Positions 50,667-61,294 of a stretch of 64,000 nt of DNA are shown here, one piece after another. The stretch's first letter is position 1, and each line of letters begins with the position of its first letter. The translations under genes were made by a program, and so were the position numbers. Source of the DNA: an uncultured Trueperaceae bacterium (lineage in GTDB: Bacteria > Deinococcota > Deinococci > Deinococcales > Trueperaceae); NCBI GenBank assembly GCA_963727505.1, contig CAVSGP010000014.1:1-64000 (forward strand). Direction: 5' to 3'. The notes under the pieces were generated by a model, which was not told the DNA's origin, did not search any database, and saw only the letters and a program-made list of their open reading frames with translations.

Positions 50667-51368
50667 TCAGGCCTCCCGGTCGTTCCCGAGGAAACGCTCG
50701 AAGTAGCCCAGGGTCCGGCGCCAGGCGTCCTCGGACGCGGCGGGGTCGTGGCTGCGGGGGTTGCGGTCGTTGAAGAAGGAGTGGCGGGCGCCGGGGTAGA
50801 CGACGATGTCGTGCTCGATGTCGGCGTCGTCCAGCGCGCGGTCGAGGCGTCGGCCCATGCCCGCGGTGAAGTCGTTGCCAGGGTAGGAGCCCACCACCGG
50901 GCAGAGCCGCTGGACGGCTTCGAACGGCCGCGGGTTCTGGGCGTAGAAGGGGGCGATGGCCTGCAGCCGGTCGTCGCCGGCCGCCCAGGCGATCGCGAAC
51001 GATCCCCCCATGCAGAAGCCGACGGCGCCGACGCGCTCGGCCGCCACCTCGGGCCGCACGGCGAGCCAGTCGAGGGTGCGCCGGAGGTCCCGGATGCCCT
51101 GGTGGTCGAGCGCATTGAGCAGCAGGCCGCCCATGAAGCGTGCCATGCAGAGCGCGCGGTTGCGACCCGCGAAGAGGTCCACGGCCAGGGCGGCGTAGCC
51201 CTCGGCCGCGAAACGGTCGGCCACATCCCGGATGTGGTCGTTCAGGCCGAAGATCTCGTGGATGACCACGACCGCCGGGTGCGGGCCGCCCCCCGAAGGC
51301 AGGGCCAGGTGGCCCGTCAGCGTCGCCCCGTCGCCGGAGAGCGTGACGTCGCTGGTGAGCGTCTCCAT
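50667..51368 (-). CDS. Dienelactone hydrolase family protein
   Basis: HEIFGL, GFCMGG, YPGARHSF. Confidence 0.92.
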   Translation of the reverse strand: METLTSDVTLSGDGATLTGHLALPSGGGPHPAVVVIHEIFGLNDHIRDVADRFAAEGYAALAVDLFAGRNRALCMARFMGGLLLNALDHQGIRDLRRTLDWLAVRPEVAAERVGAVGFCMGGSFAIAWAAGDDRLQAIAPFYAQNPRPFEAVQRLCPVVGSYPGNDFTAGMGRRLDRALDDADIEHDIVVYPGARHSFFNDRNPRSHDPAASEDAWRRTLGYFERFLGNDREA

Positions 51369-51378
51369 GCGGCCTCCC

Positions 51379-51756
51379 TTAACCGACCTCGGCGATCGCC
51401 TCGATCTCGATGCGCACGTCCTTGGGCAGGCGCGCCACCTGGACGGCGCTGCGCGCCGGCGGCTCGGCGGTGAAGTAGCTGCCGTAGACCTCGTTGACGG
51501 CCGCGAAGTCGTTCATGTCGGCCAGGAAGCAGGTGCACTTGACGGCCCGCTCCAGGCTCGATCCGCCCGCCTCCAGCACCGCTTTGACGTTCTCCATCAC
51601 CTGGCGGGTCTGCTCGCGGATATCGCCTTCGACCAGCGTTCCGTCGGGCGTGAGCGGGATCTGGCCGGCGGTGAACAGCAGGTCGCCCACCCGAACCGCC
51701 TGCGAGTAGGGGCCCACGGCGGCCGGGGCGGCGTCGGTCTTCACGATGCGTCTCAT
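51379..51756 (-). CDS. ridA: RidA-family enamine/imine deaminase
   Basis: APAAVGPYSQA, GQIP, PARSAVQV, IEIEAIA. Confidence 0.92.
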   Translation of the reverse strand: MRRIVKTDAAPAAVGPYSQAVRVGDLLFTAGQIPLTPDGTLVEGDIREQTRQVMENVKAVLEAGGSSLERAVKCTCFLADMNDFAAVNEVYGSYFTAEPPARSAVQVARLPKDVRIEIEAIAEVG

Positions 51757-51806
51757 GGCCACCAGCCTAGCAGGGGCAGGACGCCCGCCCACGGCGGCCG
51801 CGAGCG

Positions 51807-52790
51807 CTAGCCACGCCAGAGGCTGAAGAGCAGGAACAACAGCAGCAGGTAGAGCGAGCCCAGGATCCAGATGCGATAGGGGTACCAGGGGTGCTTGCGC
51901 AGCTTCCCGAGCGGCCCGTTGGCGGGGAACTCGTCCTCGATGTGGCGGATGCCGCTCATGGTGTCGCTGATGTCGACCGACTCGGAGCTGCCCGCCTCGT
52001 CGGGGAGCGCGTAGCGCTTGGGCCGTGGCTCGACCTGGCGGATCTCGACCACCACCGCGGTGACGTTGTCGGGCGCGCCGCGGTCGTTGGATTCGGCGAT
52101 GAGTCGGCGCGCCGCCACCTCCGGCTCGGAGTCGGTGACGATCTGACGCAGCATCGTCTCGGACAGCAGCATGCTGACCCCGTCACTCAGTAGCAGGATA
52201 CGGTCGCCGGCCCGGACGTCGAAGTGGAGCACGTCGAGGCGGAAGCTGGCGGTGGCGCCGAGCGCGTTGGTGATGACGTTGCGCCAGCGGTGGTGGCGCG
52301 CCTCGTCGGCGGTGAGAAGCCCCTGCCGGACGCGGTCGGCGACCCAGCTGTGGTCGGCGGTGAGCTGGCGGATCTCGCCGGCACGGATCAGGTAGGCGCG
52401 GGAATCGCCGACATGGCCGATCAGGCCGACCTGGTCGTCGAGGTACACGGCGGTGAGGGTGGTTCCCATGCCGCGCACCTCGGGATGCTCGGCGGCATAG
52501 TCGTAGACCTCGAAGTTGGCCGTCTGCGCGGCCTTGGCCAGCGCTACCGGCGGCAGCAGGCGGGTGCGCTCGAGCTCGCGCCGCAACACCTCGACCGCCT
52601 TGCGGCTGGCGATCTCCCCGGCCCGGTGTCCGCCCATGCCGTCGGCGACGATCGCGAGGTAGCCCATGCCGGGCACGCGCCCGACGTAGAAGCTGTCCTG
52701 GTTGACCTGTCGGACGCGTCCTTCCTCGGACTGGCCGGCCCCCACGATCCGCGTGTCGGAAGGCGGGGTCGAGGGCTTGGGCGGTGCCAT
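51807..52790 (-). CDS. PP2C-family Ser/Thr protein phosphatase with C-terminal membrane anchor
   Basis: NQD, VADGMGGH, GMGTT, HVGDSRAY, SDG, DNVT; hydrophobic C-terminus. Confidence 0.92.
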   Translation of the reverse strand: MAPPKPSTPPSDTRIVGAGQSEEGRVRQVNQDSFYVGRVPGMGYLAIVADGMGGHRAGEIASRKAVEVLRRELERTRLLPPVALAKAAQTANFEVYDYAAEHPEVRGMGTTLTAVYLDDQVGLIGHVGDSRAYLIRAGEIRQLTADHSWVADRVRQGLLTADEARHHRWRNVITNALGATASFRLDVLHFDVRAGDRILLLSDGVSMLLSETMLRQIVTDSEPEVAARRLIAESNDRGAPDNVTAVVVEIRQVEPRPKRYALPDEAGSSESVDISDTMSGIRHIEDEFPANGPLGKLRKHPWYPYRIWILGSLYLLLLFLLFSLWRG

Positions 52791-52897
52791 GGCTGTCCAT
52801 TCTAGCCGCCCGTGGTGGTGGCGGCACGATGAAACAACGCACTCGAAGGCCGTGCGGGACGTACCTCCTGCGAGATGCCTCTGGTATGCTCGCCGGC

Positions 52898-54397
52898 ATG
52901 ACGAGCGCCTGGGAGTTGGCCCGCGAGGTGCGCGCGGGCAGGCGGAGTGCAGCGCGCGTCGTGGAGGACGCGCTCCGGCGTGCCGATGCGGCGGCGCCGT
53001 TGAACGCCTTGCTGACCGTTGCGGCCGACCGTGCCCGCGAACGGGCGCGTGCGCTGGATGAGGCTGTGGCACGGGGCGAGGACCCCGGCCCGCTGGCGGG
53101 CGTGCCGGTGGTGGTGAAGGACAACCTCTGCCTCGAGGGCGTACGCACCACCGCCGGCTCGCTCAGCCTGGAGACGTTCGTGCCTCCCTACAGCGCTACC
53201 GCCGTGGCCCGCTTGGAGGACGCGGGTGCGATCGTCATCGCCAAGGCCAACCTCGACGAGTTCGGGATGGGCTCGAGCAACGAGAACTCCGCCTTCGGTC
53301 CGGTCCGCAACCCGTGGGATCCGGAGCGCGTTCCCGGCGGCTCGTCGGGCGGCTCGGCGGCCGCCGTAGCGGCGGGCGTGGTGCCGCTGGCGCTCGGCAC
53401 CGATACCGGCGGCTCGGTGCGGCTCCCTGCTGCCTTCTGCGGCGTGCTGGGCTTCAAGCCTACCTACGGCCGCGTCTCCCGCTACGGGCTCATCGCCTAC
53501 GCCAGCTCACTCGACCAGGTCGGCGTGTTGACGCGCAGCAGCCGCGACGCGGCGCTGGCGCTGGCGGTCATGGCGGGTGCCGATCCGCACGACGGTACCA
53601 GCCTGGAGGCGGACGCGGACGCCCTGCGGACCCTGGCGGGGCTGGGGCCGGAAGCGCCCGAGCCCGAGGGCGCCAAAGGGCACGAGGCCCTGCGCGGACT
53701 GCGCGTGGCGGTGGTGCGTGAGCTGGCCGGCGAGGGCAACTCCCCCGGCGTGCTGCAGGGCCTCGCACGCAGCGTCGAGGCGCTGCGCGCGCTGGGCGCC
53801 GAGGTGATGGAGGTGAGCGCGCCCAGTGTGCGTCACGCCGTCGCCGCCTACTACCTGGTCGCCACCGCCGAGGCGAGCAGCAACCTCGCCCGCTACGACG
53901 GCATGATCTACAGCACCCGCGAGGGCGAGGACGCCGACGGCCAGGAGGCGGTGATGCGGCGCTCCCGCGGCCGCACCCTCGGCCGGGAGGTGCGTCGCCG
54001 CGTGCTGATGGGCAGCTTCGCGCTGTCCGCCGGCTACTACGACGCCTACTACGGCAAGGCCCTGAAGGTGCGGCGCGTCATCGCCGACGACCTCGCACGC
54101 GCCTTCGAGAGCGCCGACGTGTTGCTCACGCCGACCGCGCCGGGGGCGGCCTACCGCCTGGGCGAGAAGCTCGACGATCCCCTGGCGATGTACGTGGGTG
54201 ACGTCTGCACCTGTCTGGCGAACCTCTCCGGGATGCCCGCCGTGAGCGTGCCGGCCGGGCGCACTGAGGAGGGCCTGCCGACCGGCGTGCAGCTGATGGC
54301 GCCCGCGCTGCAGGAGGCGCGCCTCCTCGAGGTGGCGTCCGCCCTGGAGGCGCGCGCGGGCGAGGCGTTCGCGCCGCTGGCGCCGACGCAGGCCTGA
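52898..54397 (+). CDS. gatA: Asp-tRNA(Asn)/Glu-tRNA(Gln) amidotransferase subunit A
   Basis: KDN, DEFGMGSS, GGSSGGSA, DTGGSVR, SSNLARYDG, LSAGYYDAYY. Confidence 0.95.
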   Translation: MTSAWELAREVRAGRRSAARVVEDALRRADAAAPLNALLTVAADRARERARALDEAVARGEDPGPLAGVPVVVKDNLCLEGVRTTAGSLSLETFVPPYSATAVARLEDAGAIVIAKANLDEFGMGSSNENSAFGPVRNPWDPERVPGGSSGGSAAAVAAGVVPLALGTDTGGSVRLPAAFCGVLGFKPTYGRVSRYGLIAYASSLDQVGVLTRSSRDAALALAVMAGADPHDGTSLEADADALRTLAGLGPEAPEPEGAKGHEALRGLRVAVVRELAGEGNSPGVLQGLARSVEALRALGAEVMEVSAPSVRHAVAAYYLVATAEASSNLARYDGMIYSTREGEDADGQEAVMRRSRGRTLGREVRRRVLMGSFALSAGYYDAYYGKALKVRRVIADDLARAFESADVLLTPTAPGAAYRLGEKLDDPLAMYVGDVCTCLANLSGMPAVSVPAGRTEEGLPTGVQLMAPALQEARLLEVASALEARAGEAFAPLAPTQA

Positions 54398-54421
54398 GGG
54401 CGCGGCGCGCCAGGGTCGCCC

Positions 54422-55579
54422 TCAGGCTTCGAAGAGCTCCCTCGGGAAGTCGGTAAGGACCTCGCACCCGTCTTCGGTCACGCGGATGGTCTCGCTGCAG
54501 CCGACACCCCCCTTGCCGGGGATCTGCACCCACGGCAGCAGGTGGAAGGTCATGTTGCGCTGCAGCGGACGGCCCTCGCCGGGCTTCATGCTCAGGATCT
54601 GGCCCTCGCCCCAGTCGGGGGGCACCGCGATGCCGATGGAGTAGGCCGTGCGGGACGCCTGGTTCTCGCCGAAACCGGCGTCGGCGAGCAGCGCGCGGCA
54701 CACGCGGTCGACCTCGCCGGCGGGCACCCCGGGGCGGATGGTGCGCGTCGCGGCGTCGACCGCCTGCAGCACCACCTCGAAGGCGTGCTTCATCTCCGGG
54801 TCTGCGCGCCCGACGACGACGGTGCGCATCATCGCGGCGTGGTAGCGGTTGCGGCAGCCACCGATCTCCAGGAAGACGGTGTCGCGATCCCGGATGGTGC
54901 GCCCCTTCCAGGTGGCGTGGCCGATGGCGCCGCGCTCGCCGGAGGCGATGAAGGGCACGATCGAGGGCCAGTGGCTGCCGCCGCGGATGAGCGCAGCCAT
55001 CAGGTCGGCGGCCACCTCATCCTCGGTGCGGCCGCTCGCCACCGCCTCGACACCCGCCTGCATGCCCACGGCCGCGGCCGCCGCGGCTCGCCGGATCTGC
55101 TCGACCTCCAGGTCGGACTTGACCAGCCGGAGCTGCTCGATGAGCCCCGACACGTCCGTGAACGCGGTGGTGGGCAGCGAGTACAGCAGGCGCTGCTGCT
55201 GCGAGGCGGTGAAGAACCAGCAGTCCTGCTCGTAGCCGACGCGCGAGTTCGCCAGGCCGTTCTCGAGCAGGCGCGCGGCCAGCGACGCCATGATGTCGTC
55301 GCTGTCGTGGTAGCCGTAATTGAGCTCGATCCAGGTGCCGTCCTCGACCCCGCTGGTCTCCAACAGGCGCGAGAAGGTGAAGGGCTCGCCCTCGAGCGGC
55401 ACGACCAACCCCTGGAACCAGTAGTGGCCGGGCGAGTCGAAGCCGGTGAGGTAGGCGATGTTCTCGGGGGTGGTGGTCAGCATGGCGTCGAGCTCTTGCT
55501 CGGCCATCACGCCGCGCAGGGCGTCCAGCCGTCGCTGGTACTCCTGCATGGGAAAGACGAGGTCTTCGCGCTGCCGCAT
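54422..55579 (-). CDS. doeA: Ectoine hydrolase DoeA/EutD-like M24-fold enzyme
   Basis: FLEIGGCRNRYHAAMMRT, RTAYSIG, PPDWGE, NMTFH, SETIRVTEDGCEVL (DoeA-type, lacking canonical M24 metal ligands); ehu/eut context. Confidence 0.78.
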   Translation of the reverse strand: MRQREDLVFPMQEYQRRLDALRGVMAEQELDAMLTTTPENIAYLTGFDSPGHYWFQGLVVPLEGEPFTFSRLLETSGVEDGTWIELNYGYHDSDDIMASLAARLLENGLANSRVGYEQDCWFFTASQQQRLLYSLPTTAFTDVSGLIEQLRLVKSDLEVEQIRRAAAAAAVGMQAGVEAVASGRTEDEVAADLMAALIRGGSHWPSIVPFIASGERGAIGHATWKGRTIRDRDTVFLEIGGCRNRYHAAMMRTVVVGRADPEMKHAFEVVLQAVDAATRTIRPGVPAGEVDRVCRALLADAGFGENQASRTAYSIGIAVPPDWGEGQILSMKPGEGRPLQRNMTFHLLPWVQIPGKGGVGCSETIRVTEDGCEVLTDFPRELFEA

Positions 55580-55605
55580 CCATCGATCCCTTCCGCCCGC
55601 TACCG

Positions 55606-55710
55606 GAGGTTGACAACCTCTCGGTGGGACGCGTACACTCACGTTGTCGACAACTTGTATACAAGTACGCCGCTACCCGCATTCTAGGTCCGATGTTCGC
55701 CACGGGTCAA
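55606..55710. promoter_or_regulatory. Face-to-face sigma70-type promoters with tandem palindromic GntR-type operator
   Basis: Plus strand TTGACA(55610)-18-TACACT(55634); minus strand TTGACC(55710)-18-TAGAAT(55686); palindromes GTTGTCGACAAC and ACTTGTATACAAGT at 55643-55666. Confidence 0.7.
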
Positions 55711-55773
55711 CTATCGACGAGCCCGAAGGGTACGGTGCCGGCCACCGATCGGAAGGAAGGAAGCTGCAAGTCT

Positions 55774-56460
55774 ATGCATGCCCGCGACACCGCCGACCGC
55801 CCTCGCGGCGTCGAACTCATCTACCGCGAGCTGCGCGAGAGGATCTGCCTGTTGCGCTACCCTCCGGGAGCGATGCTGAGCGAGAATCCGCTCGCCGAGG
55901 AGTTCGGCGTCAGCCGCACCCCGATCCGCCAGGCTCTGCAGCGCCTGGAGTTCGAGGGGCTGGTGATGAGCCGTCACGGGGTGGGCACCATGGTCACCAC
56001 GGTCGACCTGCAGTATCTGCGAGAGGTCTACGCGCTGCGCATCAAGCTGATCGATCTGATCGGCGAGATCCCGCCGGCGCGCATCACCGAGGGCGACCTC
56101 ACGCTGCTGGCGGACCTCGTGATGCAGGCGCGCAAGTTGCGCGGGCAGCGCGAGCCCGAAGCGTTGGCGCGCATCTACCACCACTTCAACGAGGAGCTCT
56201 CGCGCGCCATCGGCAACCAACCTCTCCGGGAGATCGCCGACCGGCTGTTCTGGCAGACGACGCGCGTGTGGCTCCAACTCCTGCCGGAGATGACCTGGGA
56301 GGACGAGGTGGACTACATCGTCGACGAGATCGAGAGCGTGCTGCAGGCCCTCAAGCGCGAGGACATGGAGGGCGTCGCGGCGGTGCGGCGCAAGCACATG
56401 GTGCTGTGCCTGAGTCGCATCAACAGCTATCTGGAAGGACCCATCCTGGCCCTGCCGTGA
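55774..56460 (+). CDS. GntR/FCD-family transcriptional regulator
   Basis: LSENPLAEEFGVSRTPIRQALQRL wHTH plus FCD-like helical domain. Confidence 0.9.
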   Translation: MHARDTADRPRGVELIYRELRERICLLRYPPGAMLSENPLAEEFGVSRTPIRQALQRLEFEGLVMSRHGVGTMVTTVDLQYLREVYALRIKLIDLIGEIPPARITEGDLTLLADLVMQARKLRGQREPEALARIYHHFNEELSRAIGNQPLREIADRLFWQTTRVWLQLLPEMTWEDEVDYIVDEIESVLQALKREDMEGVAAVRRKHMVLCLSRINSYLEGPILALP

Positions 56461-56505
56461 GGCGGGCCGTGCACGACGAAGGAATCTTGGTTTGGAGGTC
56501 AAGGC

Positions 56506-57720
56506 ATGACGAAACGGCGTGAACCGGCGCTAGAAACGCTCGCCGTCTGGGCGGGCGAGGATCGACCCACGATGCAGGGAGCGACGCAGGTGCCTGTGGT
56601 GCACAGCGTGTCGTTCGGCTACGACGATCTCGACGAGTGGCGCGACGTCGCGCTGGGCAGGCGCGAGGGCCACATCTACGGTCGCAACACCAACCCCACG
56701 GTGCAGGTGTTCGAGGAGAAGATCCGCCAGCTCGAGGGGGGCGAGGCGGCGACCAGCTTCGCCACCGGCATGGCGGCCATCAGCAACACCCTGTTCACGC
56801 TGCTGGAGCCCGGTCAGCGAGTGGTGTCGGTGAAGGACACCTACGGTGGGACCAACAAGATCTTCACGGAGTTCTTGCCGCGCTTCGGCATCGACGTGCA
56901 GCTCTGCGAAACCACCGATTTCGATGCCATCGAGGCGGAGGTGGCCAAGGGTTGCCAGGTGCTCTACCTGGAGACCCCGACCAACCCGACGTGCAAGATC
57001 ATGGACATCCGCCGGCTGGCCGACAAGGCCCACCAGGTCGGCGCCACGGTGGTGGTGGACAACACCTTCGCCACCCCCATCAACCAGAACCCCCTCACGC
57101 TGGGAGCGGATCTGGTCATACACAGCGCTACGAAGTACCTGGGCGGGCACGCCGACGCCCTCGGCGGCGCCCTCATCGGGCCCAAGGAGACGGTGGAACG
57201 CGTCTACCACTTCCGTGAGATCAACGGCGCCACGTTGCATCCCGAGGCCGCCTACCTGTTGCTGCGCGGCATGAAGACACTGGCGCTGCGCATCGCCCGC
57301 CAGAACGAGAGTGCCCTCGCCATCGCCCGCCACCTCGCCGAGCATCCATCGGTCGCGGCCGTGTTCTACCCGGGTCTGGAGAGCCACCCCAACCACGAGG
57401 TGGCGGCGCGCCAGATGCGCGGGTTCGGCGGCATGCTGTCGTTCCAGATCCACGGTGGCTTCGATGCCGTGAAGACCTTGCTGCCCCGTCTGCGGTTCGC
57501 GCACCGCGCGGCCAACCTGGGCGCGGTCGAGACCGTGGTGGCGCCGCCGGCGACCGGCAGCCACGTCGAGCTGACCACCGAGGAGCGCGCTGCCATGGGC
57601 ATCCCCGAGAGCCTGGTGCGCTACTCGGTAGGGATCGAGAACGTCGATGATCTCATCGCCGATCTGGATGAGGCGCTCGCCTACACCGCCGAGCGGCACG
57701 GCATCGGGGAGGCCGTATGA
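56506..57720 (+). CDS. PLP-dependent cystathionine gamma-synthase/gamma-lyase family enzyme
   Basis: YGRNTNPT, FATGMAAI, YGGT, ETPTNP, VDNTFATP, HSATKYLGGH. Confidence 0.9.
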   Translation: MTKRREPALETLAVWAGEDRPTMQGATQVPVVHSVSFGYDDLDEWRDVALGRREGHIYGRNTNPTVQVFEEKIRQLEGGEAATSFATGMAAISNTLFTLLEPGQRVVSVKDTYGGTNKIFTEFLPRFGIDVQLCETTDFDAIEAEVAKGCQVLYLETPTNPTCKIMDIRRLADKAHQVGATVVVDNTFATPINQNPLTLGADLVIHSATKYLGGHADALGGALIGPKETVERVYHFREINGATLHPEAAYLLLRGMKTLALRIARQNESALAIARHLAEHPSVAAVFYPGLESHPNHEVAARQMRGFGGMLSFQIHGGFDAVKTLLPRLRFAHRAANLGAVETVVAPPATGSHVELTTEERAAMGIPESLVRYSVGIENVDDLIADLDEALAYTAERHGIGEAV

Positions 57721-58748
57721 CCGTCACCCGCCTGGCCCTCATCGGGTTCGGCACCGTCGGGCAGGGCTTCGCGCAGATCCTCGCCGAGCGCGGTGACGTG
57801 CTGGCCGCCAAGCACGGACTCGAGCTCTCGATCACCGCCGTCAGCGACTTCAACCGGGGCAGCGTCTACCGGGCCGGCGGCTTCGATCCCGAGGCCCTGC
57901 TCGGCGCCGCCGACGCGCTCGAGACCCTGGATGCCGATACCAAGGGCTGGGACGCGCTCACCACCATCCGCGAGTCCGGCGCCGACGCCGTCGCCGAGCT
58001 CAGCTTCACCGACCTGAAGACCGGCGAGCCCGCGCTCACCCACGTGCGGGAGGCGCTGTCGCGCGGGATGGACGTGGTGACCACCAACAAGGGGCCCATC
58101 GCGCTGCGTTTCGCCGAGCTGCGCCGTCTCGGCGCCGAGCACGGCGCGGGCCTCGGCGTGGAGGGCACGGTGATGAGCGGCACGCCCACCCTGGCGCTGG
58201 GCGCGGGGCTGCTGGCCGGGGCCGGCGTGCGTCGCATCCAGGGCATCCTGAACGGCACCACGAATTTCATCCTCACGCGCATGGAGGCCGGCCTCGACTT
58301 CGACAACGCACTGGCCGAGGCGCAGCGCGAGGGGTACGCCGAGGCCGATCCCAGCGGCGACGTGGACGGCATCGACGCCGCCGGGAAGGTGGTGATCCTC
58401 GCCAACCTGGTCATGGACGCGCCGCTGGCGATGGACGACGTGGAGCGCCAGGGCATCCGTTCCATCACGCCGGCCGATATCGAGGCCGCCGCGGCGGCAG
58501 GCGAACGCTGGAAACTGCTCGGCAGCGTCGAGCGTGCCGCCGACGGCAGCGTCACGGGGCGCGTGGGGCCGCAGCGCGTGCCGCTGTCGCATCCGCTGGC
58601 GGGTATCGGCGGCCCGACCAACGCCTGCACCTTCACGACCGATCTGCTCGACGACGTCACCATCGTCGGCCCCGGGGCCGGCCGTCTCGCGACCGGCTAC
58701 GCGCTCGTCGAGGACCTCATCGCGCTCCGCGGTGGCGGGAGGCGCTGA
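57717..58748 (+). CDS. hom: Homoserine dehydrogenase
   Basis: GFGTVG, VVTTNKGP, GILNGTTNFIL, GYAEADPSGDVDG, GPGAG. Confidence 0.92.
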   Translation: MTVTRLALIGFGTVGQGFAQILAERGDVLAAKHGLELSITAVSDFNRGSVYRAGGFDPEALLGAADALETLDADTKGWDALTTIRESGADAVAELSFTDLKTGEPALTHVREALSRGMDVVTTNKGPIALRFAELRRLGAEHGAGLGVEGTVMSGTPTLALGAGLLAGAGVRRIQGILNGTTNFILTRMEAGLDFDNALAEAQREGYAEADPSGDVDGIDAAGKVVILANLVMDAPLAMDDVERQGIRSITPADIEAAAAAGERWKLLGSVERAADGSVTGRVGPQRVPLSHPLAGIGGPTNACTFTTDLLDDVTIVGPGAGRLATGYALVEDLIALRGGGRR

Positions 58749-58751
58749 GTC

Positions 58752-60167
58752 ATGGAGATGCTGCTGGCCGGGGACTGGGTGGCGCGCGACGCGGTCATCG
58801 AGATCCTGGACCCAGACGACGAGAGCGTCATCGACACCGTGCCGCAGGCCACCACCGACGACATGGAGCGCGCGTTGGCCGCAGCCGAGCGCGGCGCGGA
58901 ACTCGCCCGCGCGCTCCCGACGCACCGCCGCATGGCGGTGCTGATGGAGGCGTCGCAGCGCCTCGAGCGCAACCAGGAGACGTTCGCCCGCCTGATCGCG
59001 CGCGAGGGGATCAAGACCATCCGGGAGGCGCGCAAGGAGGCGAACCGTGCGGTGGACACGCTGCGCCTCAGTGCCGAGGAAGCGCGCAGGCTGCACGGGG
59101 AGACGCTGGCCTTCGATCAGCGTCCGGGCAGCGAGGGGCGCTTCGGTTACTACGTTCCGGAGCCCGTGGGTATCGTGGCGGCCATCACGCCCTTCAACGA
59201 TCCGCTGAACCTGGTCGCGCACAAGGTCGGTCCGGCCCTCGCCGCGGGCAACGCCGTCGTGCTCAAGCCCGATTCGAAGACGCCGCTCAGCGCGCTCAAG
59301 CTCGGCGAGCTGCTGCTCGAGAGCGGCCTGCCGCCGGACGTGTTGCAGGTCATCACGGGCCGCGGCAGCGTGGTCGGCGACGCGCTGGTGCGCGACCCGC
59401 GGGTGCGCGTGGTGTCGTTCACGGGGGGCAAGGAGACGGGCGAGGCGATCGTGCGCGCGGGCGGGCTCAAGCGCTACAGCATGGAACTCGGTAGCAACGC
59501 GCCCACCATCGTCATGGACGACGCCGATCTCGATGCCGCGCTCCCTGCCATCGTGTCGGGAGCCTTCTGGGCCGCTGGCCAGAACTGCCTACACGTGCAA
59601 CGCCTGTTGGTCCACGAAGATGTCTACGACGAGGTCCGCGAGCGCATGGTGGCGGGCGCGCAGGCGGTGCGTACCGGCCCGAAGCTCGAGGAGGCCACCG
59701 ACATGGGCCCCGTCATCGACACGGGCAACGTGGAGCGGATCGCGAGTATGGTAGAAGAGGCACGGACCGCTGGAGCCCGCCTCCTCACGGGAGGTGGTTA
59801 CGAAGGCACGCACTTCGAGCCCACGTTGCTCGAGGGTGTTACGGCTGACAGCCGCCTCGCCCGCGATGAGGTGTACGGTCCGGTCACGATCCTCCAACGG
59901 GTGCGTGACCTGGACGAAGCGGTCCGCGTGGCGAACGACGTTGACTACGGCCTTCAGGCCGCGGTGTTCACCCGTGACCTCGACACCGCGCATCGCGCGG
60001 TCTCCGCACTCCACTACGGGGGCGTGATGGTGAACGACAGCACCGACTACCGCATCGACGCCATGCCTTTCGGCGGGGTGAAAGGTTCCGGGCTTGGCAG
60101 GGAAGGCGTGCGATTCGCCGTCCAGGAGATGACCGAGCTGAAGCTCGCGAGCTTCGCATTGCGCTGA
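58752..60167 (+). CDS. NAD(P)-dependent aldehyde dehydrogenase (possible aspartate-semialdehyde oxidation, DoeC role)
   Basis: [34 protein letters not shown]. Confidence 0.9.
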   Translation: MEMLLAGDWVARDAVIEILDPDDESVIDTVPQATTDDMERALAAAERGAELARALPTHRRMAVLMEASQRLERNQETFARLIAREGIKTIREARKEANRAVDTLRLSAEEARRLHGETLAFDQRPGSEGRFGYYVPEPVGIVAAITPFNDPLNLVAHKVGPALAAGNAVVLKPDSKTPLSALKLGELLLESGLPPDVLQVITGRGSVVGDALVRDPRVRVVSFTGGKETGEAIVRAGGLKRYSMELGSNAPTIVMDDADLDAALPAIVSGAFWAAGQNCLHVQRLLVHEDVYDEVRERMVAGAQAVRTGPKLEEATDMGPVIDTGNVERIASMVEEARTAGARLLTGGGYEGTHFEPTLLEGVTADSRLARDEVYGPVTILQRVRDLDEAVRVANDVDYGLQAAVFTRDLDTAHRAVSALHYGGVMVNDSTDYRIDAMPFGGVKGSGLGREGVRFAVQEMTELKLASFALR

Positions 60168-60199
60168 CGCCCGTTACGCGAACATATGAGGAGGGACCC

Positions 60200-61039
60200 G
60201 TGGCAGTGACGACCGGAAGCGAGGCATCCCAACACGACGAGGCCGCCAGGGCCGCGGCCCTGGCGAATGCGGAGCCGATGGTGCGTTTCGAGAAGGTGCG
60301 TAAGTCTTTCGGCTCGCTCACGGTGCTTCACGATCTCGATTTCACCGTGCGCTCGGGGGAGAAGGTGGCGATCGTCGGCCCCAGCGGCTCCGGTAAGACC
60401 ACCATCCTCCGGGTGCTGATGACACTGGTGAAGCCCGACGGCGGCAAGGTGTTCGTCGGTGGCGAGCCGCTCTGGCACCGCGAGGTCGACGGCAAGGTGC
60501 TGCCCGCTCCCGAGAGCCAGCTCAGGCAGGTGCGTAACCGCATCGGCATGGTGTTCCAGCACTTCAACCTGTTCCCCAACATGAGCGTGCTGCGCAACGT
60601 CACCGAGGCGCCCATCCACGTCAAGGGGGTGGCCCGCGCCGACGCCGAGAAGCGCGGCAAGGAGCTGCTCGACATGGTGGGTCTGGCCGACAAGCACAGC
60701 GCGTTCCCGTCGCAGCTCTCCGGCGGCCAGAAGCAGCGCGTCGCCATCGCCAGGGCGCTGGCCATGGACCCCGACCTGATGCTGTTCGACGAGGTCACCT
60801 CCGCGCTCGACCCGGAGCTGGTGGGCGAGGTGCTGGGCATCCTCCGTCAACTCGCGCACGAGACCAACATGACGATGCTGATCGTGACCCACGAGATGGG
60901 GTTCGCACGCGACGTCTCCGACCGGGTCGTGTTCTTCGACGCCGGGCAGGTCGCGGAGGAGGGGCCGCCGTCCAAGATCTTCAGCAACCCCGAGAACCCC
61001 AGGACGCAGAGTTTCCTGAAAGCAGTCCTGGAGCATTGA
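60200..61039 (+). CDS. ehuA: Ectoine/hydroxyectoine ABC transporter ATP-binding protein
   Basis: [36 protein letters not shown]; EhuA-type insert [13 protein letters not shown]. Confidence 0.85.
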   Translation: MAVTTGSEASQHDEAARAAALANAEPMVRFEKVRKSFGSLTVLHDLDFTVRSGEKVAIVGPSGSGKTTILRVLMTLVKPDGGKVFVGGEPLWHREVDGKVLPAPESQLRQVRNRIGMVFQHFNLFPNMSVLRNVTEAPIHVKGVARADAEKRGKELLDMVGLADKHSAFPSQLSGGQKQRVAIARALAMDPDLMLFDEVTSALDPELVGEVLGILRQLAHETNMTMLIVTHEMGFARDVSDRVVFFDAGQVAEEGPPSKIFSNPENPRTQSFLKAVLEH

Positions 61040-61294
61040 CCCCGCGTGATCGGCTGCCGCGCTCGGTGCGTGGCCGCCTGGAGATGCCGGGGAACGCCCC
61101 GGCCACGGGAAGGATGTGAAGCGATGTCCGAGGAGCCGCCGTCAGGAGCCGAGGTTCCGTGCACGTGCGCGGAGCGCGGCCGCCCGACCGGCACCGGCCT
61201 GGCGCCCCCAGGCGCCTGCCGGATACGCCGCGTGGCGCGCACGTGGCCGCGTGCCCGCCCGAAGAACACGACGTTCGAATCGCAAGGAGGAACC

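Noticed and set aside
39654..54397. Separation of gatA and gatB and absence of gatC as unusual
   Set aside because: Dispersed gat genes occur in Deinococcota; gatC may lie elsewhere.
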